Shown: piece by piece, positions 1 to 9,158 of the stretch
Numbering within the stretch: position 1 is the stretch's first letter
How the letters are laid out: each line of letters starts with the position of its first letter
Source of the DNA: an uncultured Actinomycetes bacterium
GTDB taxonomy: Bacteria > Actinomycetota > UBA4738 > HRBIN12
DNA: 64,000 nt
Assembly (NCBI GenBank): GCA_963704885.1
Contig: CAVPIB010000004.1
Span: 128,001-192,000, forward strand
Direction: 5' to 3'
Notes under the pieces: model-generated
Database searches by the model: none
Told to the model about the DNA's origin: nothing
The model's input: only the letters and a program-made list of their open reading frames with translations
Made by a program: the position numbers and the translations under genes

Positions 1-2
1 GG

Positions 3-197
3 CAGAGCATCTTCAAGATCTGCCGGCGTGACGGGGAGGTGATCGACGCCCTGCGCGAAGGTCAGATGGCGTTCTTCGTTGCGATCGACGACATCGCCTC
101 CAGCGTCCGCACGAACGTGGCGCAGTTCAGCGAGGACCGCGAGCGATTCGTCAGAGCGCTACGCGAGGCGGCGGTTCACACCGCCACCGGCTCCTGA
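3..197 (+). CDS. C-terminal fragment of probable MerR-family regulator (5' truncated by window)
   Basis: Open frame QSIFKICRRDGEVIDALREGQMAFFVAIDD...GS* resembles the C-terminus of actinobacterial Rv1830-like MerR proteins; the HTH lies outside the window. Confidence 0.55.
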   Translation, partial: QSIFKICRRDGEVIDALREGQMAFFVAIDDIASSVRTNVAQFSEDRERFVRALREAAVHTATGS

Positions 198-214
198 CGC
201 CTCAACTCAGCAGC

Positions 215-2497
215 TCAGGAGCGCAGCCGGTACTGCCCGAGTACCCGCTGGCGGAGACTCGCACCCTCGCGAAGGCCGCGCAGCGTCGCCGTCGCCGCCT
301 CGGAGGCTCGGTGCACGTCCTCGACCGCGGGATCCTCCGGCGCGTAGGCTGCGCGCCCGGTGATCGCCGTCAGGCGATCGAGCTGATCCGTCTTCACGGT
401 GCCGGAGCTCCCCAGCCTGTGACGGTACTCCTGGAGAGTCTCCCCAGGCCCACGTGGATGCCCCAGATCGGCGGCGCGCTCGGTGAAGACGTCGTAGGTG
501 ACCAAGATGAGAGCCCGCGGCTCATGACCGGCCTTTCTGATCCGGCGGCGCCGCGCGAGCGCGCGCGCGGGAGGGATGACCAGGGCGATGAGCAGAGCCG
601 CCATCGCCATGACCATGATGACCAGGGAAGCGGGAAGGCGATCGGCGGCCGGGGTGTCCACCTGATCCAGGCCGCCGAGTTCGGGGCCGAACCGACCCCC
701 GCCGACCGTCACCCGGCGGCCGATCAGGTTTCGGAGCTGTTGGGGGAGTCCCCCGTTATCCCCGGCCCCGTCGGCGCCGCCACTGGCCCCACCCGAGGTC
801 CCAGGATCGCAGCCCTGCTCTCCGGAGGGGCAGTCCGCCGCCGGGTGCTGGTAGACGGAGGCCACCGGGTTGGTCCTGCCGGGCGTGGGTTCGAACGATA
901 ACCACCCGTAGGTGGGGAAGAGTACCTCGACCCAGACGTGCAACTCGTGGCTGGTCACGTGCCGGGTGCCGCTTTCGGGGTCCAAGGTTCCCGGCGTGTA
1001 GCCCTCGGCGAGCCGAGCGGGGATCCCCAGGCTCCGCAACATCACCCCCATCGCGCTCGCGAACTGCTGGCAGAACCCCGTCTGGGTTCGGGTGAGGAAG
1101 TCGAGCAGGGTGAAGCTGTCATCGCGCGCGGGCACGTCCTGCGAGTACGTGAACACCGTGGTATCGGAGAGCCGATCCTGGATCGCCAGGATCCGCTCGT
1201 AGTCGTTCGTGGCTCCGGCGGTCCAGTCGAGCGCGATCTCGCGGATCCCAGACGGCAGGTCCTCGGGAAGCGCCGTGTATCTGACGTCGGGCGTGAACGG
1301 GAAGACGACCGCAGCCAGCTGCTCGGGGGTGGGTTGAACGGAGAACGAGGTCGCTCGGTAGACCGTGCCGGCGTCGAGTCCACCGCCCAAGAGCGCCGTG
1401 CCGGTCTCGGCGTCGAAGTTGACCGAGACGCCGGGCACCTCCACCGTCTGCGGTGGATACGCGACCGGGAGCCAAGGCAGATCCAGGTCGCTGGAGACCT
1501 GGAACGTCTGATCGATCGATCGCGACCCGAGGGGCGCGGTCGAGAGGGTCGTTCCGGGTGTGACCGACGTCCCCTCCCTCGTGTAGTCAGGTCTCCAAGT
1601 GACGCCGTCGAAGTCAGGCAGCGCCATCATCCGCCAGTACGACGGCTCAGCGGAGGTCACCTGGAAGACCTCCACGGGATCCTTGCGGTTGAGGCTGGCC
1701 TTGATCGAGACGAGCGGGTCTATGCGGACGCGGTCCGCAGAAGAAGTCGAACTGATGTCGAAGATCGCCTTGGATCCGAACCCCGGGACCAGTAACGGAA
1801 CGAGCGCGGCCGTCGCCAGGGCGGCGACGGCCACCCGGCGAGCGCCACGGCTGGCGGTCGTCGACAGTCGCGCGCGCGATCCCGGACCCACCCAGACCGG
1901 ACCCCACCCTTGGACCCGGCGCAAGGCGTCGGCGAACACCACCAGCAACGCCGCCCCCAAGAAGGCCACGCCGTAGGCTGGCTTGATGAACTCCTCTAGG
2001 ACGGTATCGGCGAACGCGAGCAGCGCGATCGGCGGGAGCAAGGACAGGATGGGACTCCCGGCCCGGAAGGCGAGCGCATGGCAGGAGAACAACGCAGCCC
2101 AGATGGCCACCACGCCGGCCAGGATCAGTGGCTTCAGCGGCACGGTCGGCGCCACCTGGAGCCGGGCCTGTTCGCCAACCAGTCGGGACGCGTCCAGGGT
2201 GTGACGGAGCGTGTCTAGCGTCGGCAGGCTGTGCCAGGTGGTCCGTGGGAACACGATGAGACCGACCGTGACGCCGAGGAAGACACAAGACACCAGCGTC
2301 GCCAGCAATAGGTTCCTACGCTCCAGTGCGCAGGCGATCGCGCCGGAGGCGAGGGCGGCGAACATCAATCGCCACGTCGAGCCGTGGCCGACGTACACGC
2401 GCCCGAAGGCGAGCGCGGTCGCGACCGCGATCCCACCGACCGCCAGCAGCGCGATCAGACGCTGTGTACGAGGAGACGTTCCCTGGGGGCGTTCCAT
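215..2497 (-). CDS. Membrane-anchored transglutaminase-like protein (TgpA/DUF3488 type)
   Basis: N-terminal TM helices, YWR motif, GFCQQFA (Cys), ELHVWVEV (His), WLSFEPT; third gene of a moxR-DUF58 operon; start uncertain. Confidence 0.88.
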   Translation of the reverse strand: MERPQGTSPRTQRLIALLAVGGIAVATALAFGRVYVGHGSTWRLMFAALASGAIACALERRNLLLATLVSCVFLGVTVGLIVFPRTTWHSLPTLDTLRHTLDASRLVGEQARLQVAPTVPLKPLILAGVVAIWAALFSCHALAFRAGSPILSLLPPIALLAFADTVLEEFIKPAYGVAFLGAALLVVFADALRRVQGWGPVWVGPGSRARLSTTASRGARRVAVAALATAALVPLLVPGFGSKAIFDISSTSSADRVRIDPLVSIKASLNRKDPVEVFQVTSAEPSYWRMMALPDFDGVTWRPDYTREGTSVTPGTTLSTAPLGSRSIDQTFQVSSDLDLPWLPVAYPPQTVEVPGVSVNFDAETGTALLGGGLDAGTVYRATSFSVQPTPEQLAAVVFPFTPDVRYTALPEDLPSGIREIALDWTAGATNDYERILAIQDRLSDTTVFTYSQDVPARDDSFTLLDFLTRTQTGFCQQFASAMGVMLRSLGIPARLAEGYTPGTLDPESGTRHVTSHELHVWVEVLFPTYGWLSFEPTPGRTNPVASVYQHPAADCPSGEQGCDPGTSGGASGGADGAGDNGGLPQQLRNLIGRRVTVGGGRFGPELGGLDQVDTPAADRLPASLVIMVMAMAALLIALVIPPARALARRRRIRKAGHEPRALILVTYDVFTERAADLGHPRGPGETLQEYRHRLGSSGTVKTDQLDRLTAITGRAAYAPEDPAVEDVHRASEAATATLRGLREGASLRQRVLGQYRLRS

Positions 2498-3687
2498 CGG
2501 TCCTTCAGGCGCATGGACGGGGCCAAGATGATGCAGTCCCATCCGGCGCGGATCAGGGTGAGACGGGCCTGCGTGGCCCGTCCTTCCAGCTGGGCCTGTC
2601 GTTCAGGTGGCAGGGAGTCGGGGTCCACCGGGTAGATGAGCACGGCGAGCTTGGGTCCGAACGCGCCTCCGCTGCGGACCACGCTGATGAGCTCGGCCGG
2701 CTGCGGAGGCGCGGCGACCATGACGAGGGTCGTGTCCCCCGATGCTCCCGCCCTGAGGTGCGCGAGCGCGGGACCGATGGAACGGACCTGGACGTGCGAG
2801 ACGCTGGTGAGGGCCTCGAGGAATCGCTCCTCGGAAAGTGCGGCGGCCGACGTGTCCGAGGTCGCGAGCTTCAGGCTGAAACCGCCGCGCGAAAGCACCA
2901 CCCCGAGCGTGGCGGCGACCGAGACGGCCCGTTCGAAGGCCGCTCCGTGTGCCTGCCCGAGTGCGCCCTCGCGCGAGTCCAGGAAGACCAACCCGCTCGA
3001 TCGCTGGGACGATTCGTCCTGCCGGATCATCAGCGCCCCCGTCCGCGCGACGCTCGGCCAATGGATCCGCCGGAGGTCATCGCCCTCCTGATACTGGCGC
3101 ATCGTGTAGTACTCCTCACCGGTCCGGAAGAGGTTCCTGGTTCGAGAGGCGCCGGCATTGGCGCCGAAGGACGACTCCGGGGCAGCGGACAAGTCCTCGA
3201 TCTCGGGGGTCACGATCAGCTCTTCTCGCTCATCGAACTCCAGTCGTTGCCGGATCAACGCGAATGGATCGGAGACATCCACCAGGAGCGGTCCGAGCTG
3301 ATAGCGCCCGCGGCTCTGCGGGAGCACCGTGTAGGACGTCTTCTGGCTGCGATGTCCGGGGATCCCCGCCACGACCAGCCGAGCCGAGCGGCCGAGCGCG
3401 GACGGCAGCCGATCCTCGAGCATCAGGAACGAGGTGGAGACCGGGGAGCGGTTCTCGACATCTATGTGCACGGTGACCCGCGTGCCTGGGACCACTCGGA
3501 CATCGGAGAGGTGGCGTCGGATGACGATCCGTTGATGGCCCCATCGTACGAACAGAGCCGCGATCGCCGGGAGCGCCGCCAGCCCGAGGCCGATGACCTC
3601 CAGCCCGGGCGAGCCGATGATCCGCGCGACGAGCCACATGGTCAAACCGGAGAAGAAGACGGCCGCGCCGCGGCCGGACGGTGTCAC
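2455..3687 (-). CDS. DUF58 family protein
   Basis: RQYQEGDDLRRIHWPSVAR motif, RGRY.LGP..V...DPF; follows moxR. Confidence 0.92.
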   Translation of the reverse strand: MTPSGRGAAVFFSGLTMWLVARIIGSPGLEVIGLGLAALPAIAALFVRWGHQRIVIRRHLSDVRVVPGTRVTVHIDVENRSPVSTSFLMLEDRLPSALGRSARLVVAGIPGHRSQKTSYTVLPQSRGRYQLGPLLVDVSDPFALIRQRLEFDEREELIVTPEIEDLSAAPESSFGANAGASRTRNLFRTGEEYYTMRQYQEGDDLRRIHWPSVARTGALMIRQDESSQRSSGLVFLDSREGALGQAHGAAFERAVSVAATLGVVLSRGGFSLKLATSDTSAAALSEERFLEALTSVSHVQVRSIGPALAHLRAGASGDTTLVMVAAPPQPAELISVVRSGGAFGPKLAVLIYPVDPDSLPPERQAQLEGRATQARLTLIRAGWDCIILAPSMRLKDRWNAPRERLLVHSV

Positions 3688-4658
3688 GGCGTCTCCGCGA
3701 TCGGAACCTCTACGTCCGCCAGGATCTCCTGGAGCACCACCTCGGGTGACCGACCGGTCATCACCGCGTCGGCCGTGACGATGATGCGGTGGGCGAGCGA
3801 GGGCGCCGCCAGCGCCTTCACGTCGTCGGGGATCACGTAGTCGCGCTCCTCGGCGGCGGCGAGAGCGCGCGCGGCTCGCAGGATCATGATCGAGGCCCTG
3901 GGGCTGGCTCCCAGGTACATGTCCGAGTGGCGCCGGGTCGCCTCCACGATGGCGACGATGTAGCGGCGGATCGCGGGAGCCACATGCACCTGACGAGCCT
4001 GCTCGATCATGCCTGCTACCGCTGGAGCGTCCGCGACAGGTCCGATCTCACTCAGGGGGGTTCCCGCGCTGTGGCTGGCCAGGATCTCGGCCTCGACGTC
4101 GTTCGTTGGGTAACCGATCGACAGCCGGAGCATGAACCGGTCGAGCTGGGCCTCCGGTAGCGGGTACGTACCTTCGTGCTCGATCGGATTCTGAGTGGCG
4201 ATCACCATGAACGGGGTCCCCAAGGGGTGGGTCTGTGTGTCGACCGTGACCTGGCGCTCCTCCATGCACTCCAACAAGGCCGACTGGGTCTTCGGACTTG
4301 CGCGGTTGATCTCGTCACCCAAGACGATGTTCGCGAAGATCGCGCCGGGGCGGAACTCGAAGTCACCGTGCTCTTGGTTGAACACGTTCACGCCTGTGAC
4401 GTCGCTCGGGAGCAGGTCGGGTGTGAACTGCAGTCGACGGAACGAGCAGTCGATCGATCGAGCGATCGCCTTGGCCAGCATGGTCTTGCCCACGCCGGGA
4501 ACGTCCTCGATCAGCAGGTGCCCTTCGGCCACGAGCGCCACGAGCGCCAGACGGATCTCACGGTGCTTGCCACGCACCACGCGCTCCACGTTGGCCTCGA
4601 TCTCGTGGAACCGCGCGGCGAACCGCTGCCACTCGTCGGGTCGCTGTCGTACCTCCAC
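3684..4658 (-). CDS. moxR: MoxR family AAA+ ATPase
   Basis: EDVPGVGKT, RLQFTPDLLPSDVTG, DEINRASPKTQSALLE, YPLPEAQLDRF. Confidence 0.95.
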   Translation of the reverse strand: MEVRQRPDEWQRFAARFHEIEANVERVVRGKHREIRLALVALVAEGHLLIEDVPGVGKTMLAKAIARSIDCSFRRLQFTPDLLPSDVTGVNVFNQEHGDFEFRPGAIFANIVLGDEINRASPKTQSALLECMEERQVTVDTQTHPLGTPFMVIATQNPIEHEGTYPLPEAQLDRFMLRLSIGYPTNDVEAEILASHSAGTPLSEIGPVADAPAVAGMIEQARQVHVAPAIRRYIVAIVEATRRHSDMYLGASPRASIMILRAARALAAAEERDYVIPDDVKALAAPSLAHRIIVTADAVMTGRSPEVVLQEILADVEVPIAETP

Positions 4659-4827
4659 TCAAGCACCTCCCGGCCGGGGGGGACCATCTTACGGCGGTAC
4701 CCGGTCAAGAAGCTGGGCACGAAGCCACCCGGGATCGTACGGCCGGAAACGGGCGCAAGTTCCCGAAAAGGTGGGTAGGCGCTGCGCCGGCGGGACGGCT
4801 CCCGAGGGAGGAGGGAACCGTCCGGGT

Positions 4828-4918
4828 AGAGAACGACGGGCCGACCCGGCCGGCGGACGCCCCGCGCGGCCCCTGTTCGCAACTCCCAGGCATCTCGCCC
4901 GGGCCGACCCGTCGTGTC
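4828..4918 (-). ncRNA. Candidate small structured RNA (long hairpin)
   Basis: 15-bp stem 4833-4847/4901-4915 fully paired only on the - strand (two G-U pairs); TAATCT -10 at 4925-4930; UUCUCU tail. Confidence 0.35.
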
Positions 4919-4998
4919 CTCGCAAGATTACACCCGTGTGATTCGCGTGAGGGTGAAGCGCCGGCCATCTGCTTGAAGTGGCCCGCTACACTGCCTGG

Positions 4999-5481
4999 AT
5001 GGGTCGTGCGCTGGTCCTGAACGCCTCCGACGCGCCGCTCGCCGTCGTAGCTGCTCGGCGAGCCGTCGTCTTGGTGCTGAAGGACAAGGCGGAGGTCGTT
5101 GCCTCGAACGGCCTGGTGTTCCGCTCGGCGACGATCTCGATCGAGGCCCCCTCCGTGGTTCGGCTGCGCCGCTACGTCCGGGTCCCCTACAGACCACACG
5201 CTCCGCTCACGCGTCGCGCCGTCTTCGCGCGTGACGAGTGGACGTGTCAGTACTGCGACGCGCAGGCGGAGAACCTCGACCACGTGATCCCACGTTCGCG
5301 TGGGGGTACCCACACCTGGGAGAACGTCGTGGCGGCCTGTCGGCGCTGCAACGCCAAGAAGGAGAACCGAACCCCCCAGGAGGCCGGTTTCCATCTGGCG
5401 CGCCGTCCGTTCGCGCCGAGCGACGGCTTCCGCCTCACCCTTGGACGCTTGGAACCCGGCTGGGAGAGCTACCTCTCCTAG
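4999..5481 (+). CDS. HNH endonuclease (McrA/HNH_5 type)
   Basis: CQYC...LDHVIPRSRGG..TWENVVAACRRCN; TACACT -10 box 6 nt before the ATG (leaderless-type). Confidence 0.9.
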   Translation: MGRALVLNASDAPLAVVAARRAVVLVLKDKAEVVASNGLVFRSATISIEAPSVVRLRRYVRVPYRPHAPLTRRAVFARDEWTCQYCDAQAENLDHVIPRSRGGTHTWENVVAACRRCNAKKENRTPQEAGFHLARRPFAPSDGFRLTLGRLEPGWESYLS

Positions 5482-5543
5482 CACGGCGCCAACCTGCGCA
5501 CCACAACTCCTGTCCCTCCTTGCCTTTTATGTGCCCTCCGCTG

Positions 5544-5590
5544 TTGACGCGGTGGAGTGATAGTGGCATAACAGTGGACCAAAGTGGAGG
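5544..5590 (+). promoter_or_regulatory. dcw promoter with MraZ-binding GTGG direct repeats
   Basis: TTGACG (5544)-17 nt-CATAAC; GTGG at 5552, 5563, 5574 and 5584 with 10-11 nt period. Confidence 0.8.
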
Positions 5591-5604
5591 AAAGGGGAGG
5601 GGGC

Positions 5605-6039
5605 GTGACCGAACTGCTCGGCACGCACAGTTATCAGCTCGACCCCAAGGGCAGGGTGTCGTTGCCGGCGCGGTTCCGCGAGGCGTTCGCGGATGGGCTC
5701 TGGCTGACGATCGGCCAGGACGGCTGCCTGTTCTGCTTCCCCAGGGTCGAGTGGGAGCGGCGGTCCGACGAGGTCGCCTCCTCACCCCTTTCCGACGCTG
5801 ACGGACGCGCGTACGCCAGGTTGTTCTTCGGCTCTTCCGACGAGGCGAAGCTCGATGGGCAGGGTCGCGTGACGATCCCGCAGCGTCTGCGTGAGCTCGT
5901 CGGCATCAATAAGGACGTGGTGGTGTTGGGGATCCGCGACCGGATGGAGATCTGGGACCGCGGTGCCTACGACCGCTACACGGATCGGTACGCCTCCGCC
6001 TACCAGGCCGGCGACCTCGACCCCAGGAGGAACGCATGA
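5605..6039 (+). CDS. mraZ: Transcriptional regulator MraZ
   Basis: [14 protein letters not shown] and [10 protein letters not shown] repeats, DRMEIWD; first gene of dcw. Confidence 0.96.
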   Translation: MTELLGTHSYQLDPKGRVSLPARFREAFADGLWLTIGQDGCLFCFPRVEWERRSDEVASSPLSDADGRAYARLFFGSSDEAKLDGQGRVTIPQRLRELVGINKDVVVLGIRDRMEIWDRGAYDRYTDRYASAYQAGDLDPRRNA

Positions 6040-6152
6040 ATCCCAACAAGCTCGGGACCGAGGTCCGCCAGAGCCTGACCTTGATCGCGATGGCCGCCGT
6101 CACGGTGCTCGCCTCGATCGGCCTGGGGCTCCTGGCCGGTCACATCGGCTGA
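6036..6152 (+). CDS. 38-aa predicted membrane peptide (not in ORF track)
   Basis: AGGAGG at 6025-6030, ATGA overlap with the mraZ stop, [38 protein letters not shown], stop 2 nt before rsmH. Confidence 0.7.
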   Translation: MNPNKLGTEVRQSLTLIAMAAVTVLASIGLGLLAGHIG

Positions 6153-6154
6153 CG

Positions 6155-7021
6155 GTGACGGACGCACCGCACGACCCGGTCATGGTGCAAGAGGTGGTCG
6201 GGTTCCTGCGGGGGAGGAGGATGGTGGTTGACATGACCTTGGGGGCCGGCGGCCACGCCGAGGCGCTGCTCGCTGCCGGCGTCGAACGGCTGGTCGGCGT
6301 CGATCGCGATCCGGAGGCGCTCGCGATCGCCGGCGACCGACTGACGGCGTTCGGCCACCGGTTCCGAACGGTCCAGGCGCTGTTCTCCGAGATCGGTGAG
6401 GATGAGGTCGACGGCCCGGTCGACGGCGTGCTCTTCGATCTCGGGGTCTCATCGATGCAGCTGGATCGTGCCGGACGGGGATTCAGCTACCGCGAGGACG
6501 GTCCGCTCGATATGCGGATGGGCGACCATGGTCCAACCGCCGCAGATCTGGTGAACGAGCTCCCTGAGAAGGAGCTGGCGGATCTGATCTTCCGGTTCGG
6601 CCAGGAGCAGAAGTCTCGGCGGATCGCCGCCTCCATCGCTCGAGCGCGCGCGCGCGAGCGGATCGAGACCACGGATCAACTCGCCGGTGTGGTCGTGAGC
6701 GCCGTGGGACGACGTCCGGGGGGCCCCCACCCCGCGCGTCGCACGTTCCAGGCGCTCCGCATCGCGGTCAACCGGGAGCTCGAGGAGCTCGCCGCCTCCC
6801 TGCCTCAGGCGGTCGACCTCCTCGCTCCCGGAGGCCGCGTGGTGGTGATCGCCTATCACTCGTTGGAGGACCGCGTCGTCAAGCAGACCTTCCGCGGGGA
6901 CGATCGTTTGGCGGTTCTGACCAAGAAACCCCTGCAACCCACCGAGGACGAGATCCGGGCGAACCCGCGCGCCAGGAGCGCGAAGCTCCGCGCCGCAGAA
7001 CGCGCTGAGGTGGCCGCGTGA
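6155..7021 (+). CDS. rsmH: 16S rRNA m4C1402 methyltransferase
   Basis: [57 protein letters not shown]. Confidence 0.96.
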   Translation: MTDAPHDPVMVQEVVGFLRGRRMVVDMTLGAGGHAEALLAAGVERLVGVDRDPEALAIAGDRLTAFGHRFRTVQALFSEIGEDEVDGPVDGVLFDLGVSSMQLDRAGRGFSYREDGPLDMRMGDHGPTAADLVNELPEKELADLIFRFGQEQKSRRIAASIARARARERIETTDQLAGVVVSAVGRRPGGPHPARRTFQALRIAVNRELEELAASLPQAVDLLAPGGRVVVIAYHSLEDRVVKQTFRGDDRLAVLTKKPLQPTEDEIRANPRARSAKLRAAERAEVAA

Positions 7022-7452
7022 GCGTCCCGGCACGCAAGGTCGGAACGGCTCCGGGATCCCTGCGCCCGCCGTCACCGACGCAACGACGTCCCGCGTCTCC
7101 CGCGCGGACGGCCGCGGCGCGCCCGCGAACCTCTATCCCTCCCCAGGGTATCCGGCGGGCGCGCCGCGGGCTCCACCCCAGGTTCCTGGTCTTCGCGTCC
7201 GCGGTCATCATCACGCTCGTCGTGGGGGTGGTCGCGTTGAACGCTCTGCTCGCGCAGACGGCGTTCGCTGTGCACTCGATGCAGACGCGGGTGACCGAGC
7301 TCGGCGAGCAGCACGATGTGCTTGCGATGAAGGCTGCTCAGCTGTCGTCGCCGAGCCGCATCTCTGCGTGGGCGGAGCTGTCCCAGATGGTGATGCCCGA
7401 GCACGTCGTGATCCTGCAGGTGCCACGGCTGGGTGGCTCCGCAAGGCCATGA
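7018..7452 (+). CDS. ftsL: Cell division protein FtsL-like
   Basis: Basic N-tail, single TM, coiled coil, LSSPSRI; lies between rsmH and ftsI. Confidence 0.8.
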   Translation: MSVPARKVGTAPGSLRPPSPTQRRPASPARTAAARPRTSIPPQGIRRARRGLHPRFLVFASAVIITLVVGVVALNALLAQTAFAVHSMQTRVTELGEQHDVLAMKAAQLSSPSRISAWAELSQMVMPEHVVILQVPRLGGSARP

Positions 7453-9158
7453 GACGCAGGACGGGAAGGCGGCTCGTGGTGCTCCTGGTCGCCATGCTGT
7501 TGGCACTTGGTGGGATCGCATCCCGCCTGGCCGCGCTTCAGCTCGGCGATCACCAGCTGTCGGCACTCGGGTTCGAGCAGAGGGTTAGAGCGACCGAACT
7601 GCCGGCCGCGCGTGGACGGATCTTGGACCGGACCGGCGTGCCGCTCGCCATCACCCTCGATGCCCGCGACATCTATGCGAACCCGGAGCTAGTGACCGAC
7701 GTTGAGGCGGAGGCCGAACAGATCGCCCTGATCCTCGGCCTCAAGCCGAAGGACGTGCGATCCGCGCTCGCGACCGACGGCACCTTCGCTTACGTCGCGC
7801 GCCAGGTCGACCTTGAGGACGCGCAGCGGGTCGAGGATCTCCACTTGGCGGGCATCAGCTCCATCTCTGCACCGAAGCGCTACTACCCCGCGGGCGTGCT
7901 CGCCTCGCAGGTGTTGGGATTCGTGGGGATCGATGGAACCGGGTTGGCGGGCCTGGAGGAGCAGTTCGAGACCGAGCTCGCGGGGACGCCGGGGGAGCGC
8001 AAGATCGAGGTGGCGCCGAACGGTCAACCCATCGCCCAGGGCATCGACGCCGAGACCGAGCCGGACGACGGCGTCAGCCTGCGGACCACGATCGACCGCG
8101 ACATCCAGTTCCAGACGCAGCAAGCCTTGTCGAGCGCCGTCCGGGACAACGGGGCCAAGGCCGGCATCGTCATCGTGATGGATCCGAGGACCGGAGACAT
8201 CTTGGCGATGGCGAGCTTCCCGTCGTTCGACCCCAACCGATTCGCCGACACCGATCCCGACCGATGGCGCAACCGGGCGGTGACCGATGCCTTCGAGCCG
8301 GGCTCAGTGAACAAGATCATCACCGCCGCCGCAGCGCTTGAGTCCGGCACGGTGTCGCTCACGCAGCGGTTCCAGGTCCCGGACTCGATGCAGGTCGACG
8401 AGTACACCATCCACGATTCCCACCCACATCCGGTCCAGACGATGATGCTCTCGGACATCATCGCGCAGTCGAGCAACATCGGGATCGCGAAGGTCGCCGG
8501 GCTCATAGGCAAGGCTACGCTTGCCTCCTACATGAACCGATTCGGGTTCGGGCGGACGACCGGCCTCGGGTTCCCGGCCGAGTCCGACGGGATCGTTCCA
8601 GCGTTAGAGGATTGGAGCGACGCCAGCCTGGCCACTATCGCCTACGGTCAGGGCATCAGCGTCACGCCACTTCAGATGGCGTCCGTCTACGCGACGATCG
8701 CGAACGGCGGGGTTTGGGTACAACCTCGCCTGGTCGACGGGACCGTGGACGAAGCCGGTAACTTCACGCCCGCGCCGCCGTCGCCCAGCCAACGGGTCAT
8801 CGAGGACCAGACCGCCACGACCCTGACCGAGATGCTCGCCTACGTCGTCGACGGTGGGACGGGGGCCAGCGCGCAGATCCCCCTGTACCAGGTAGCGGGC
8901 AAGACGGGCACCGCTCTGAAGCCCAGCCCCAGCGGCGGCTACTACTCGGATCGCTACGTGGCATCCTTCATCGGCTTCCTGCCGGCAGGCCGCCCCCGGG
9001 TGATCGTGGCGGCCATCCTGGATGAGCCGGCGACCGTTTACGGCGGCATCGCCGCAGGCCCTCTCTTCCAGCAGGTCGCGCGGTACGCGATCCAGAAGCT
9101 CGGGATCCCCACCGCCTCTCAGGTGCCTGCTCCACCCCACGTGTTCCGGACGCCATGA
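7449..9158 (+). CDS. ftsI: Class B penicillin-binding protein FtsI
   Basis: RGRILDR, RYYP, FEPGSVNK (SxxK), SSN, KTGT. Confidence 0.95.
   Translation: MRRRTGRRLVVLLVAMLLALGGIASRLAALQLGDHQLSALGFEQRVRATELPAARGRILDRTGVPLAITLDARDIYANPELVTDVEAEAEQIALILGLKPKDVRSALATDGTFAYVARQVDLEDAQRVEDLHLAGISSISAPKRYYPAGVLASQVLGFVGIDGTGLAGLEEQFETELAGTPGERKIEVAPNGQPIAQGIDAETEPDDGVSLRTTIDRDIQFQTQQALSSAVRDNGAKAGIVIVMDPRTGDILAMASFPSFDPNRFADTDPDRWRNRAVTDAFEPGSVNKIITAAAALESGTVSLTQRFQVPDSMQVDEYTIHDSHPHPVQTMMLSDIIAQSSNIGIAKVAGLIGKATLASYMNRFGFGRTTGLGFPAESDGIVPALEDWSDASLATIAYGQGISVTPLQMASVYATIANGGVWVQPRLVDGTVDEAGNFTPAPPSPSQRVIEDQTATTLTEMLAYVVDGGTGASAQIPLYQVAGKTGTALKPSPSGGYYSDRYVASFIGFLPAGRPRVIVAAILDEPATVYGGIAAGPLFQQVARYAIQKLGIPTASQVPAPPHVFRTP

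Noticed and set aside
4999-5481. HNH gene as a homing, defence or RNA-guided nuclease
   Set aside because: Short standalone McrA-like type common in actinobacteria; no RuvC segments, methylase, intron or array nearby. Proximity to the 4828-4918 hairpin is not enough to link them
5551-5600. CRISPR-like or iteron repeats
   Set aside because: 4-nt cores with 10-11-nt period fit MraZ boxes; no spacers or cas genes anywhere in the window
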